From: Eledone cirrhosa
Lineage: Eukaryota
DNA: 64,000 bases
Direction: 5' to 3'
Assembly: GCA_964016885.1 (NCBI GenBank)
Contig: OZ024740.1
Coordinates: 412,300,001 to 412,364,000, forward strand
The notes below the pieces were generated by a model. The model was not told the DNA's origin. It made no database searches and saw only the letters and a list, made by a program, of their open reading frames with translations. How positions within the stretch are numbered: the stretch's first letter is position 1; each line of letters begins with the position of its first letter. Below, piece by piece: positions 13,712-28,281 of the stretch. The position numbers and the translations under genes were made by a program.

Positions 13712-14005
13712 TAAATAATATAAAATCAAAAGATGGTTAAAAAAGTTCCATGTCTTTTATTATGCGCATTTCAAAAACAAATATCATCATGGGATGATAT
13801 TTGCATTCTCATCAGATAATATCGGGAGACATGATATGAAGCTTATGAACATATATATTTTGATTTAACGCTTCACTGCTCGCAAGTATTTTTTAAGCTT
13901 CATATCATGTCTCCCTATTTTATCTGATAAGAACGCAATATTTTTTTTGAAATGCGCATAATAAAATACATGGAACTCTTTTAACCACCTTTTGATTTTA
14001 TATTA
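13712..14005. mobile_element. Inverted-repeat element carrying hammerhead family F
   Basis: Arms ~13715-13846 and ~13894-14005 are reverse complements. Confidence 0.75.
13757..13819 (-). ncRNA. Hammerhead ribozyme, family F
   Basis: Reverse complement: UUAU-CUGAUGA-GAA..CAAAUAUCAUC/GAUGAUAUUUG..UUU-GAAA-UGCGCA-UA-AUAA, with palindromic stem III AUGCGCAU. Confidence 0.75.
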
Positions 14006-14036
14006 TAAATATATATATACATATATATACATATAT

Positions 14037-14233
<197 letters not shown>

Positions 14234-14260
14234 CATAATTGTAATTATATATATATATAA

Positions 14261-16427
14261 CTAGCATATTTACCTGGCGTTGCTCGGGGTTTGAAATTAT
14301 GCTAAGAATATACAGCTAGGAAGTAAAAGAAGAACATTATTTGTCCCCAACCTGTCAAAATAAGCAGAAGTCTTCAATAATTAATGCAAACGAATATTAG
14401 TGCAATTTTTGTACACATAAAACTATGTTGATAATGAAGGAAAACACTGAACAGGATGTAGTTATAAAAATGATTAAAGACAATTCACGTTGCAAATCTA
14501 TGAAAAAAATAGGCAGTTTTGCTAAAGTATAAAAAGTTGTAACGAAAGTAGAGTTGTATACAAACAATAAAACAATGAGAGTAGAATCAGAGAAAATCTA
14601 TTCTTTGAGAGCAACATTTGCTGTGTATGGTTAAATTTTCAACTTATAATCCCAAATATCCTGCATGACATATTCATTGGTATGTTTTGTAATGAGTAAG
14701 GTGAAGTCAAGGCAAAGCTGTAATAAGTTTTTTTGTTAACACTAAAGCACTTCAGGATAGACGATATTCTTTGTTTTTCTTTTCGGAACAAACGAAAAGA
14801 GATTATCTCGACTGCCAACTCGTGAGCTGGCAACGTAGAATTGTCCGTGCGAAAAGCAAGGTTCATTCATGTGAATTCCAGCGATGGACCTTGCGACTTG
14901 TTTATGGACATCGCAAAGGCAACACGAAGGGAAATTGGGTTTTGCGAAAGGAGAAGGGAGTATCCACACCTGATGTAGTCGGGCTAATTTTTGTTAATAT
15001 CACATCCTCGCCTTTTCCATATCCGGAGAGTATGGTAGCGTCAATACTAAGTGGAGACAGTTTTTTAACCACAAGGCGTGTACCATTGCATAGTTTTGGA
15101 GGAGTGATATTTCTCAATAAAATAACTGGCGTTCTCTGTTTCAGAACCAATGTATTAGGAGGTAAACCAAGAGGATTTAAAGAATTTAGAAATTCAACTG
15201 AATAATGGACCGCATCCTGTGGATCACATACAGTATCAATAGATTTATATATCCGTGGACATCCAGGAAGAAGCTGAAGAAGCTGATCGTTAATACAGCT
15301 AACCGTGATATTTTTGGGTGCAAGAATGGCTCTTTCGCATAGCCAATCAAGATTCGTATAGTTATCACGCAAGTTCGGGAATACACTCGCCTTGACATCA
15401 TCGACAGTTTCAACTACATTGCAGATGTGATCAATTTCTATGTGTCCATCTGTATCCGGAGTTAGGTTACCATCTCCTATTGTAAGAATGTCTCCAGAAA
15501 ATGTTGATGACAGAGGGTCCCCTTGCAACCTTGCACGCATGTTGGTAGTTAGTCTTAATGATGTCACTTGTCGCCACAATGATGAAGACTTAAGACATGC
15601 ATTTACCGCATCTGCTCTTCTTCCTTTCGGTATTATAGGAAGAGTCTGTCTGAAGTCTCCTGATAGCAGAAGGGTGACACCCCGCATAAGATCAATGCAA
15701 TCCCGTAAGTCTTGCAAAGTGCGCCATTGTGCATTCATCCCAAACAATAAGGTGACATCTTCGCAGCAGATGAGCCCTTTCGGAGTCTTTGGTGATATGA
15801 CAAGTAGGAGTCTCCAATTTTGCCAAATCATGGGGCAATTTATAAACTGAATGTGCCGTCCTTCCACCAAGTTGCTGCCTTTCATATTTGTGTACTGACT
15901 CTGCAGATCTTGCTGCAGCAGTATCTGTAGCATCCATAGCAAGGCGTGTTTCACGTTGCTCTGCAGCAGTTGCTTTAACATTATTGGTTCGCCGCACTAA
16001 CCGACGCTCAGCGGCGGGCAAAGATGTGGTAATAACTGTACTCACCGCATTTAGTGATTGTCTATTTTCGGTTATCAGCGGGGCGTCATTTACACGCATT
16101 GTTTTCTTCGACCGATAGCCACTATGTGCATACTTTCATACTTGCATACTTCATATTTGGTGAAAAGGTTATCTCCCTTTTTTATAAGGATTGTCAATAA
16201 AGTTTGTTATGTCCCTTATATCAATTTTTCTACCGATAATTTTGATATCGATTTTTTATTGCTCAACGTGGGTCGATTTGAAAAATGTTTGTGATGTGAC
16301 AATCCTAGCAACCTGTGCAACGTGCACAGAAAATTGTGTCAAATTCAGTTAGTAATTCTGAAAGCCTTATGCAAGCTAAGTTGTACACAGACACACACAC
16401 ACATCCTCGCTTTTATATATATAAAGA
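14261..16427 (-). mobile_element. Helitron with both termini and an internally deleted RepHel
   Basis: 5' end TCTTTATATATATAAAAG at 16427. 3' end CCCGAGCAACGCCAGG...CTAG|T at 14261. Pif1 helicase coding sequence inside. Confidence 0.88.
14742..16099 (-). pseudogene. Helitron RepHel remnant: N-terminal repeat region fused to Pif1-family helicase
   Basis: GGRTAHS, LIVWDE, LLLSGDFRQTLP, LTTNMR, RAILAPKN, LLRN..PPKLCNGTRL and FSHGQFYVASSRV motifs across three frames. The Rep (HUH) domain and Walker A are absent. Confidence 0.92.
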
Positions 16428-16504
16428 CTAGCAGAAAACCGCCCACGGGTGGTTTTCTGTTAGTATATATATATATTACACACACAGAAATGTATATATA
16501 TTTC

Positions 16505-16539
<35 letters not shown>

Positions 16540-16953
16540 TACACACACAGAAATGTATATATATTTCTGTGTGTATATATATATATATATTTCTGTGAGT
16601 GTATATATATATATATATATTACACACACACAAAAATGTATATATGTTTCTGTAGCACTCCTCAATTCGCCCCTCTCTCCCTCCCGCTATCCCCCTCTTG
16701 TAGTCTGTCTCTTTCTTTCACTCTCACTCTCTCTCTACGCGTGCGCAAAAAACATTCGCACGCGCGCACGTGTTTTAGCATGTATTCACTCTCTCTCTCT
16801 CCCTCCCGCTACCCCCCTCTCGTAGTCTGTCTCTTTCTTTCACACTCACTCTCTCTCTACGCGTGCGCAAAAAACATTCGCACGCGCGCACGTGTTTCCA
16901 CTGTCGGACAGACAGGCAAACAGAGAAATTGCTGGTTATATATTATAAGGAGA
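16428..16953 (-). mobile_element. Non-autonomous Helitron-like element
   Basis: 5' TCTCCTTATAATATATAA at 16953. 3' hairpin AAAACCACCCGTGGGCGGTTTT plus CTAG at 16428. Internal ~120-bp duplication. Confidence 0.7.
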
Positions 16954-17319
16954 AAAAAAAATTATTTTGAATACTATTTAAATAACTGGCGGTTCGAAAA
17001 AAATATTCCTATGAAATTTTAATCATACCATTAGGTGTGAATAAGGAAATATTTTTGTATTGTCAAAACAAATGTTCAAAAGTTAAACTTCAATTTTTTG
17101 AATTATTTCCAATTTTTTCATGAAATTGAACACTGGACATTGGCTGCTGGAAATGGAAATTAAATCGTATTTCATTGTATTTAAATTTCTAACCTTATTT
17201 TATTTATTATATTTTTTCAATAAGAAATAAAAAATAACAACAAAAAAAATTGAAGAAAAAAATTGAACAAATCAAACGTAGGTTATGGAACTACGCAATC
17301 TGATTAATAAATTATCACA

Positions 17320-17460
17320 TCAGCAGCAACCTTCTTCAAATGGTCCTTATTATCAGCAGCAACAACCAAAAATTCAATGGCTACCTTCTTCAAACCACAA
17401 ATTCAATAGCAACCTTCTTCAAACCACAAATTCAATAGAAACCTTCTTCAAATGGTCCTT
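17320..17460. repeat. ~29-bp minisatellite
   Basis: Repeats of accttcttcaaaccacaaattcaatag. Confidence 0.7.
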
Positions 17461-17724
17461 GGCATGGTGTCAAGTCAGAACCGCCTCGAACTGCTTACTT
17501 CTGGGTTCTGCAAGGTGTCTCTATAGCAACCAGCGATTCCCTCGGCCTCAGTGACCAAAGTCAGTGAAGAGGGGAAGGTAATGTTTCTATAGCGACAGTG
17601 TTTCTCTTGGTAGTACCAAAGTGGAGAAAGGAAGGGGAAGGTAATATTTCTGTAGCACCTACATTTGAGTTTTAGGGAAGGACAGACAGACAGACAAACA
17701 AACAGAGAAATGCCCATATATTTC

Positions 17725-17786
<62 letters not shown>

Positions 17787-18031
17787 TTTGCGAGGTTTTT
17801 TATATGAAATCGTGTGTCGAAACAAATATTGTTATACTTGGGGAGGGTCATATTTGTGTAATATTGCCAGAATTAATAACAGAATACACTCACTGTTTGG
17901 TTGGTTTTCGCTTCTCGCTGTCTTTTATATCGGTAATCTAACTTACTCGGTCCTCAATGTTGCCATTGACTGACCGACGGTAAAAAATAATACAGATACA
18001 ATATAGACACAAACACATATATATAGTTTAT

Positions 18032-18069
18032 CATAAATCTTTCGTTGCACATCTGCAACATCGTCAGTG
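18032..18069 (-). ncRNA. Hammerhead motif in pLTR
   Basis: Reverse complement: CA-CUGACGA-u-GUUGCA gaug UGCAAC-GAAA-GAUUUA-UG. Confidence 0.65.
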
Positions 18070-18913
18070 GTGTTATATTTTCCTCCTGTTGTGTTGTATG
18101 TCTACGCCATTTTTATTCAGTCTGTCTATATATTTATTTATTTATTTGCTTGTTTGTTTATTTTATATCGTCTTCTTTGCGCATGCGTTTGCGTGTGTGT
18201 ATAGTTTTATGTTTACTGTGTGATGGGTGACTAGTGTGTGTTTATGTGCTTGTTGTTATTGTGCTTGTGTATGTATTTATTTATTTATTTATCTTATTTT
18301 ATTTACTTATTTATACTTCTCTTAGGTCAGTGTTGTTTGTTTGGGTGTTGTTGTTATTCCATTCATTCTTTCTGTTTAGCTTTGGTCTTCTAATTTCTAT
18401 TTCACTGGCCTCTCTGATTTGCCTATCTGCTGGGTCATTTCTATGTTTAGATATTATTCTAATTTCTATGTTGTCTATGTTACCGTCATGTTGTTGTCTA
18501 GCATGTTCGTATAGTACTGACCCGTTTTTTCGTCCTTTTAGTTCCCCCAGTGTTGGTCTATCCTTTCACCTATGCTACGAGCTGTCTCACCTATGTATGT
18601 TGTTGTCATGTTTCTGCAAGTACTCTCTGTACATCTTATGCTATAGACTACGTTTCTAGTTTTACAGTTTACGTAAGTAAATAAAATAAGATAAATAAAT
18701 AAATAAATACATACACAAGCACAATAACAACAAGCACATAAACACACACTAGTCACCCATCACACAGCAAACATAACACTATACACACACGCAAACGTAT
18801 GCGCAAAGAAGACGATATAAAATAAACAAACAAGGAAATAAATAAATAAATATATAAACTGACTGAATACAAATGGCTTAGACATACAACACAACAGGAG
18901 GAAAATATAACAC

Positions 18914-18951
18914 CACTGACGATGTTGCAGATGTGCAACGAAAGATTTATG
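18914..18951 (+). ncRNA. Hammerhead motif in inverted pLTR
   Basis: CA-CUGACGA-u-GUUGCA gaug UGCAAC-GAAA-GAUUUA-UG; stem I is short. Confidence 0.65.
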
Positions 18952-19149
18952 ATAAACTATATATATGTGTTTGTGTCTATATTGTATCTGTATTATTTTT
19001 GACCGTCGAACAGTCAGTGGCAACATTGAGGACCGAGTAAATTAGATTACCGATATAAAAGACAGCGAGAAGCGAAAACCAACGAAACAGTGATTGTGTT
19101 CTGTTATTAATTCTGGCAATATTACACAAATACGACCCTCCCCAAGTAT

Positions 19150-19179
<30 letters not shown>

Positions 19180-19185
<6 letters not shown>

Positions 19186-19217
19186 CCCACACAGAAATGT
19201 ATATATAGTTCTGTGTG

Positions 19218-19248
<31 letters not shown>

Positions 19249-19639
19249 TACACACACAGAAATGTATATATATTTCTGTGTGTGTATATATATATATATA
19301 TAACACACACACAGATATGTATATATGTTTCTGTAGCACTCCTCAATTCCCCCTCTCTCCCTCCCGCTATCCCCCTATTGTAGTCTGTCTCTTTCTTTCA
19401 CTCTCACTCTCTCTCTCTACGCGTGCGCAAAAAAACATTCGCACGCGCGCACGTGTTTTAGCGTCTATTCACTCTCTCTCTCCCTCTCTCCCTCCTGCTA
19501 TCCCCCTCTCGTAGCCTGTCTCTTTCTTTCATTCTCAATCTCTCTCTTACGCGTGCGCAAAAAAGATTCGCCCGCGTGCACGGGTTTCCACTGTCGGACA
19601 GACAGACAGAGAAATTGGTGGTTATATATTATAAGGAGA
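19180..19639 (-). mobile_element. Second copy of the non-autonomous Helitron-like element (5' portion)
   Basis: Highly similar to 16470-16953; 5' end reads A|TCTCCTTATAAT. Confidence 0.7.
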
Positions 19640-19928
19640 TTGTACCTAAGTTAATTATTTTCAACTGAAACAGATCAATAATTATCTATAATCGCTTGAC
19701 CCAGAAACATTATATGGAGTAGCGAAACAATTGTAAACGGGACATTATTATTAAAGTTCCAGTAATGCACTGGGTAATTGCTGGCCTTGTGCCTAAAGTA
19801 GAAACAATTATTATTAATATTATTATTATTATTCTCTACATTCCTTACATCAAACTAAAACTATGTTGACAATCTTTTAATAATGTCTTCCTTGTGAAAT
19901 TTGATGTCTTGCTTTGCTTAACTAATGA

Positions 19929-19965
<37 letters not shown>

Positions 19966-19974
19966 CATATATAT

Positions 19975-20011
<37 letters not shown>

Positions 20012-20019
20012 CATATATA

Positions 20020-21075
20020 TACGATATATTAACAAATGGAAACTATATTTATAAAACCATATTTATTTCATTATACATATTTCAAGGACACCAAGATAAA
20101 TTATGGTGTGCTTTCATCAGATAAAATATAATATAGAGCAGTTTTATAAAGAAATATTGACATACCCTTAAAGAATGCGACCATTTCTGTTGGAAGCTCC
20201 CGGATAGTGGCGTTATAACTTTATTTATACTATTATGTAAATTAGTTTCGGATATTTTAAAATAAGCCGTTGGGTTATATATATGAATATATTCTTTTAA
20301 TAATATATAGATGTTTTAATAATATATAGTCGTAATAATATATAGATTTCTTAATAATATATAGATCTCAATTTTTAATGTATAGATCTCAATAATTTAA
20401 TTGATAAACTAAACATTTAATCATAAACAATGGTTAAAATTATCCTATTATTTCTGTATGTTCCATTCACGCTTATTTACACGTCTCTATTCATCTATGT
20501 ATCTATTCATCCATTAAATATTTATTCCTTCACTTCATCTCAATAGTTAAGATTAATACAACAACCTATCACTTAGAGCTTTCGCTTTCTCTTCTCTCTT
20601 CTTTTTTTCTTTTTTTCTTTTTTTCTTTTTTTCTTTTTTTCTTTTTTTTCTTTTCTTTTCTTTTCTTCTCTTTCTCTTCTTCTTCTCTTCTCTTTCTCCT
20701 CTTCTTATTTTTCTTAGTCTCCCCTTAGAGTTTGCTCTTTTTTCCTTTTTCTCTTTTGTTTTTTTTTTCTCTTTTTTCTATCTCTCTTTTCTCTCTCTCT
20801 TTTCTCTTTCTCCATAACCCAACGGCTTATTTTAAAATATCAGAAACTAATTTACATAATAGTATAAATAAAGTTATAACCCCACTATCCGGGAGCTTCC
20901 AACAGAGATGGTCGCATTCTTTAAAAGTATGTCAATATTTATTTATAAAACTGCTCTATATTATATTCTATCTGATGAAAGCACACCATAATTTAACTTG
21001 GTGTCCTTGAAATATGTATAATGAAATAAATATGGTTTTATAAATATATTTTCCATTTGTTAATATATCGTATTT
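20020..21075. mobile_element. Inverted pLTR-like pair (family E) with hammerheads at 20064-20128 (-) and 20964-21028 (+)
   Basis: ~260-bp inverted arms (20020-20278 and 20813-21075). HHR: UAUUUUAU-CUGAUGA-AAG c ACACCA/UGGUGU c CUU-GAAAUAUGUAUA-AUGAAAUA. Confidence 0.8.
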
Positions 21076-21160
21076 TTACTCCAATAATTTGTTGAGTGCT
21101 TTATATCAGTTATAAAAATATTTGCTTGTTGTATCCCAACAATTTAAATAGAACTTCTAC

Positions 21161-21197
<37 letters not shown>

Positions 21198-21544
21198 TAT
21201 TAATAGCTCCAGAAAACATCTTGTTGAGTGCTTCTAATCTATTGTAAAACTATATTCATTGATTAATCAATGACCCTTGTTTAACTTTTGGTTATACATA
21301 TATATATATATATATGTGTGTGTGTGGGTGTGGAGGTGTGTGTGTGTGGGGGGGGGGGGGCGTGTGTATGTGTGTGTGTGTGTGTGTGTGAGCATGTGCG
21401 AACGTGTGTGTACATATAGATTCACAATCAATGCAACAGTCAAGACTTTTACTCATGTTAATCTTGGCTATTCGAATATTACGAATAATGTAAAGCCCAT
21501 ATGCATATGGCATTAAGATCTTGTTGTAAAAGGGCAGCTCCAGC

Positions 21545-22830
21545 CTGGTTTCTGATTATCTGTGCTACCTTTGTGTCATCAGCCTAGCCAGTGAGGGATG
21601 TGGTATGTACTACAGAGGGCATGGCTGAGAGCGCCACCAAAAAGAGTAGAGCTCCCAAGACTGTGCCCTGGGGCACCCTACTTCTTATTGATATTTTCTT
21701 TGAGAGGGCCCCATTAGTTGCAACTGTCTGGCTTCTGTCTTTTAAAAAATCATGCAGCCACTCACCTGATTTTCCAGTTATACCGTGTCTGTGTAGTTTG
21801 TAACATATCATTCCGTGGTCGACCTTGTCAAAGGCCTACGCGAAGTCAAGATATATCACGTCCAAATGCAAGCTGTCCAGCAGTTGTTTCAGTACACAGT
21901 CATACTGTTGTAACAGCTCTGTAAGGCACCTTTTTCCCGGGCTCTGCGTGCTAATTAGGCGGTCATTTTCATCGAGGAACGTGATCACTTTCTTTCAGAT
22001 GATTCGTTCCATGACCTTACTGAGATGTGACACCAGGGAAACTGGCCTGTAGTTTTTGGCGTCCACCGAGCTTCCTCTTTTATGGAGAAGGCATATTGCG
22101 TCTTCATTTAACTCTCTGGGTTGTTCACCGCTAGCCAAAGAACTTCTGAAGAAGATCTTCAGTGGCCTTGCTAAGGCACGCTTACATGTTTTAGAAAGAC
22201 TGCTGGGAATCCAATAGTTTGTTCTAATTTCTTCTATGGTGGATACCTCATCTTCCTCCGTTATGTCTATGATGTTGAGGGTCACCATTTCTTCGTGGCG
22301 TTTTGTGGCATCTAAGAAATCCTCTGGCTTTGTCATTTGCATGTGGCTCAGTGGGGGTGTAAACACACGTTTGTACTGTTCATTCTGTATTTCACTTACG
22401 CCTTGGGGATCCTCGGTTAATGAACCATTTTTATGGAAGTGAGGCCTATTCTTGCAGTGCACCAAGGCAGTTTCTTTTACAAATTTAAAGAAGCCATTAG
22501 GGTTTGTTTCAATATTTTATACGGCTCTGGCTTCTCTCTCTACCCTGTACTTTTCCTGGGAAAGTTTGAGTGCAGTTACAATTCCAAGTAGTGTCTGTTT
22601 CAGATAGGTTTCCTTCTTATTCTTCTGTTATTCTTAGTTCTTCATCTCATAAGGATTTTCCTGTCTATGGGAATAAGTTTTTTCTACGGGTGAAACTTAT
22701 GGCATATAGTTTTTATTTTTGTCATGAAATGTTGAAAATGTCTGTTGGTGTCGTGTGCGGTGATGTTGTCACTCCATATTTACTTCCGGATCTCTTTCTT
22801 GATCTTTTTCCAGCTAGCCTTGTGAAAGTT
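21545..22830 (-). mobile_element. Decayed non-LTR retrotransposon (CR1/L2-type) RT fragment
   Basis: NYRPVSLVSHLSKVMERII, WLHDFLKDRSQTV and VPQGTVLGALLFL in - strand ORFs; frameshifted. Confidence 0.9.
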
Positions 22831-22896
22831 TAAGCTTGATAAATTACCGGTGCTTCTTAATGGTTGCGTCTCTGCTGACGTTGTGGATGAGTACTG

Positions 22897-22965
<69 letters not shown>

Positions 22966-22972
<7 letters not shown>

Positions 22973-23290
22973 ATACTTTGGGAGGGTCATGTTGCCAATA
23001 AGAAACACACGCACCAGTTGCTTTCACTTCAATTTATTATATATTTATAAATTTATAAATTTACAAATTTACAAATCTACAAACTTATAAATTTCTGGTT
23101 GGTTGGTTGGTTCCACAACCAGATAGTTGTTTATATATATAGTCATAGTCCTTTCGTCACACACTCTGTGACCTCTTCAGTGACTGGGGATTCCTTTCTT
23201 CGTTTCTGTGCCTTTCCTTTCTTCTATCCTACGCCATTTTGTTTCACACACACAGAAACAAAATGGCGTAGGATAGAAGAAAGGAAAGTG
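22966..23290 (-). mobile_element. Solo pLTR fragment of PLE family D with small terminal fold-back
   Basis: Homologous to 5490-5760. Hairpin ctatcctacgccatttt...aaatggcgtaggatag at ~23222-23282. Confidence 0.8.
23141..23185 (-). ncRNA. Hammerhead ribozyme (family D), apparently intact
   Basis: Reverse complement: AGUCA-CUGAAGA-g-GUCACA gagug UGUGAC-GAAA-G ga C-UA-UGACU. Confidence 0.8.
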
Positions 23291-23319
23291 TATATATATA
23301 TATATACACTTAAAGTGTA

Positions 23320-23380
<61 letters not shown>

Positions 23381-24122
23381 GGTGAATTGGGAATTTGCAT
23401 AACGAAAAATATCAAATCATATTTAAACTAAGGTTATTGGGATCAATATCAGCGAAGTGTAATTCGTTTACGTTTCAGGCGTACGCACTTCATCTGAAAA
23501 ACAATCGTAGAAAAGGTCAGATAGCAATACACTGTATTTGAAATGATGTATCTTCATACCATGTGTATTATTACGTCGATGACATTTGCAATTAAACGGG
23601 AATAGGACTGCAGCTGGAAAGAGTTTGTAATTCATATCGAATGGACGGAGCGGAAGGTGAGATAAAATAACACTTGCAGTATATGAAATTATTTGAACGC
23701 CCATGTATTATCTAGGGTTTCAACGAGTTTTGAGCGTATTGTGGTAATTATTGAGAATGTTACGGCTAATGTGTGTGTGTGTATGTTGCATAATGGATGT
23801 TTTTGTATGCCAGTAATATTTGTGCGTGTATGTTCATATACGTTTGGATGTTACGACTAATGTGTGTGTGTTTATGTTGCATAATGAATGATTTTGTATG
23901 TCAGTAATATATGTGTGTGTATATTTGAATGTTACATAAGCGTATATATATCTGTTTACATGTAGGTGTTAATTTGATGATTATACATATATTTGTCTGG
24001 TATGCAGCGTAGATTTTATATGATTGTGTGTGTATTTTTAATATTTACAGAATAGTTGTGTGACTAGAGTTTATGAGTGTATCTCATGTTGTTGTACAGC
24101 AGTCTAATTTTGTATGTATGGT

Positions 24123-24164
<42 letters not shown>

Positions 24165-24429
24165 CATACGTTAGATTCAGTGCGTTTGAGTGCGGTTTAA
24201 ATGGATTTTGCGTGTGTTTGCATGTCTTTAATGATGCATGTGAATGAGTATAGCTCTTGTTTACATTTTATTCTTTTCTTTATATACGTCTCAGTAGGTT
24301 GTTCTGTGGGCTGGTTCTTCAAACGATACAAACGCATTTCTATATGAGCATGTGAATTTAATGATGTGTATGGATTTATGTATGCATCAAAGTCATCATG
24401 CATATGTACAAGTGTGTATATATAGGTAA

Positions 24430-24510
<81 letters not shown>

Positions 24511-24546
24511 CATATATACATATATACATATATATATATATATGTA

Positions 24547-24589
<43 letters not shown>

Positions 24590-24591
24590 AC

Positions 24592-24632
<41 letters not shown>

Positions 24633-24647
24633 CATATATATACATAT

Positions 24648-25614
<967 letters not shown>

Positions 25615-25760
25615 TACATCTATATATATACACGCATATATATATATATATATACATATATACATATATATACATATATACATATATATACATATATATA
25701 TATAAATATATATATACACATATATATACGTATATATATATATACACATATATATATGTA

Positions 25761-25808
<48 letters not shown>

Positions 25809-25927
25809 TACATACATATATATATATATATACATATATATACATATACACATATTTATATACATATATATATATGTATATATATACATATACACACACA
25901 TATATATATATATATACATATATATAC

Positions 25928-26014
<87 letters not shown>

Positions 26015-26785
26015 TGGTGGTATTGAAATATATCTCGTCTGTTTTGTTTAATTAATCAAATGTAGGAAATCGAAATGAAAGAGTAAAACTGTAAAAAACA
26101 TTCAAAAGAAAACTCTATCAAGCAGTTATATTCCAGCTAAAAGTACTGCTACATCCGTTTTGATGTTTTTGTTATTCTCGTTGTTGTTGGTGGTGGTGAA
26201 GTATGTAGTATGTTGTAACCGTTGCTATTCATTTGTTATTATTAATTTTGTTGCTCTGCATTTACTATTGTTGTTATTCATGCTATTTTTACTGTAGTTG
26301 TTGTTGATTTTACAGTTGTGATTGCTTTACTCTTCCTAGTTTCACTGTTGTGATTACACTTGCTATCTCTGTCGGAGGTGGTAGATGCGGTTGTGTGAGA
26401 TGGTGGTGTTTTTATCTTGTATTTTAAAATCCTATCAGTGCTCTTATATCCAGCGGATCTTTCATGGAGGCCCTTTCGTTGTTTGAATATCCGGTACGCA
26501 TTGTTCTGCTGTCCTACATTTTTTAAAGACGGAAAGCTATAATTTAAGTGTGAATGGGTGCTATTTCTGGTGCATTACTATAGCTAGTACTCTTTCTAAA
26601 GATAATTTTTAATTAGCGTGATGTGAAACAAGATCGAAATAATACATGGTTATATTTGAACAAACCACCTGCATATTGTTTCTATATATGTTTAGCATCT
26701 TGAAGTCTCGCCCCATGGCAGTCTCTGTTTGAGACATATAAACTATTCCATTTGTCAAACCACTGGGATCAGACGTCTAACCATC

Positions 26786-27674
26786 GCGAACTTAATATTT
26801 TTCCGGACATTGAAGAGCGAAATAAGATATTCCAGTAGAGGTTTAAGTAAGAATGAATGCCTAAATAAGATGAGTTTCAAATGAACTAGTTTGTTGAACA
26901 AGTCTTATTTATATCTAATAATCCTAGAACTCATGGATCATGGAAATGAAACAAGGTTGTTGTGTCTAAATAAAATTGGTGAAAACTTTCATATGTATGG
27001 AGGGGAAATAGTTATGGATGTATGACAGGCACAAGAAATCCGTATGCTTAGGTGTCTCAAAAATAGGCAAATACATAAAAATGTAGAAAAACATTCCCGG
27101 TTCAATTATTTACATGTGTGTCATGTTTAATTGTTTATATATCAACTGTTTTAAAATTTCCATTTCTTTTATATATATGTACGTCTGTCATTCTCACACT
27201 TATTCACTTTCTTTCTCACTCTATGTATAGATTTGTGTGTTTCTGTGTGTTTCTTTGTGTCTTTGACTGCTGTGAGGGGAGGGCCATATGCCTGTGTACT
27301 TCTGTGCGTGTGAAAAAATATATATTTATTTATCTTCATATATATGTATGTTTGCATAGGTGTCCGCCTCTCTGTCACTATTCCACGAACTTTCGGCACG
27401 ATTGAATGTCTAATTCAACAATGACAAGCTACTTTGCCTCAGGAATCATAGCTATTCTCACCTGTAATTCCGATTCTCCTTAAGATTCTTCATGAATCGT
27501 TTTCTCATTCCTCACGATGTGTTAAGTGTTATTTTCTCGACACTTTGCCTGATTTTCGCAAATCTTATATTCTTATTGTTCTTATTTTTCTATGGAATAT
27601 ATAATTTATGTGGTTTTCTATATTGGCGGTGTGCAACCGCTCGGAGGTGTTGGAGTTTTAGCTTCACATCTCTT

Positions 27675-27735
<61 letters not shown>

Positions 27736-28281
27736 TGTAAATTCTATCATGAATATCATGGAATTTACACCTAGAAATTACCGCTATGATTTGTAGAACA
27801 CCCGCAGTCATTTTGCATACATATGTCCCCTCGCCTCGCAACTGATGTTGTCCAGGAGAAATGCAAAGTCTGGTACAGCTTGGCACCAGTGATGTCACAA
27901 CCTATTTCCACAGCTCAGTGAACTGGAGCAACATGAAATGAAGTGTCTTGTTCAGGGACACAACAGATCGCCCTGTCTAGGAATCAAACACGCAATCTCC
28001 GGATTGAGAATCTTACATGCTAATCACTAAGCTACGCCTCCCGACCGCCCCCAGCACGCGCGCACACAAACTCGCACACACACACAATGTATATATATAT
28101 ACATACATTTTTTTGTGGGCGTTGTATGTGTGCATATGCAAAAAGTGAACGGAAACAAGAAAGCAAATAATACAGTACAATGAATAAATCTACAAATTAA
28201 CGCTTGTTATGTTAGGAAAATAGTCTTCGCCAGTAGATATTAACAAACACGTGTGGGTCATAAGTGTATGTGCGTTTGCGA

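Larger units (their letters stand above)
17785..19155 (-). mobile_element. Truncated PLE: pLTR + GIY-YIG fragment + inverted pLTR
   Basis: ~470-bp inverted arms (17830-18300 and 18680-19155). The centre encodes CKTRNVVYSIRC...YIGETARSIGERIDQH on the - strand. Inserted in (TA)n. Confidence 0.88.

Noticed and set aside
14902-15981. Host PIF1 helicase gene
   Set aside because: Intronless, frameshifted and bounded by Helitron termini.
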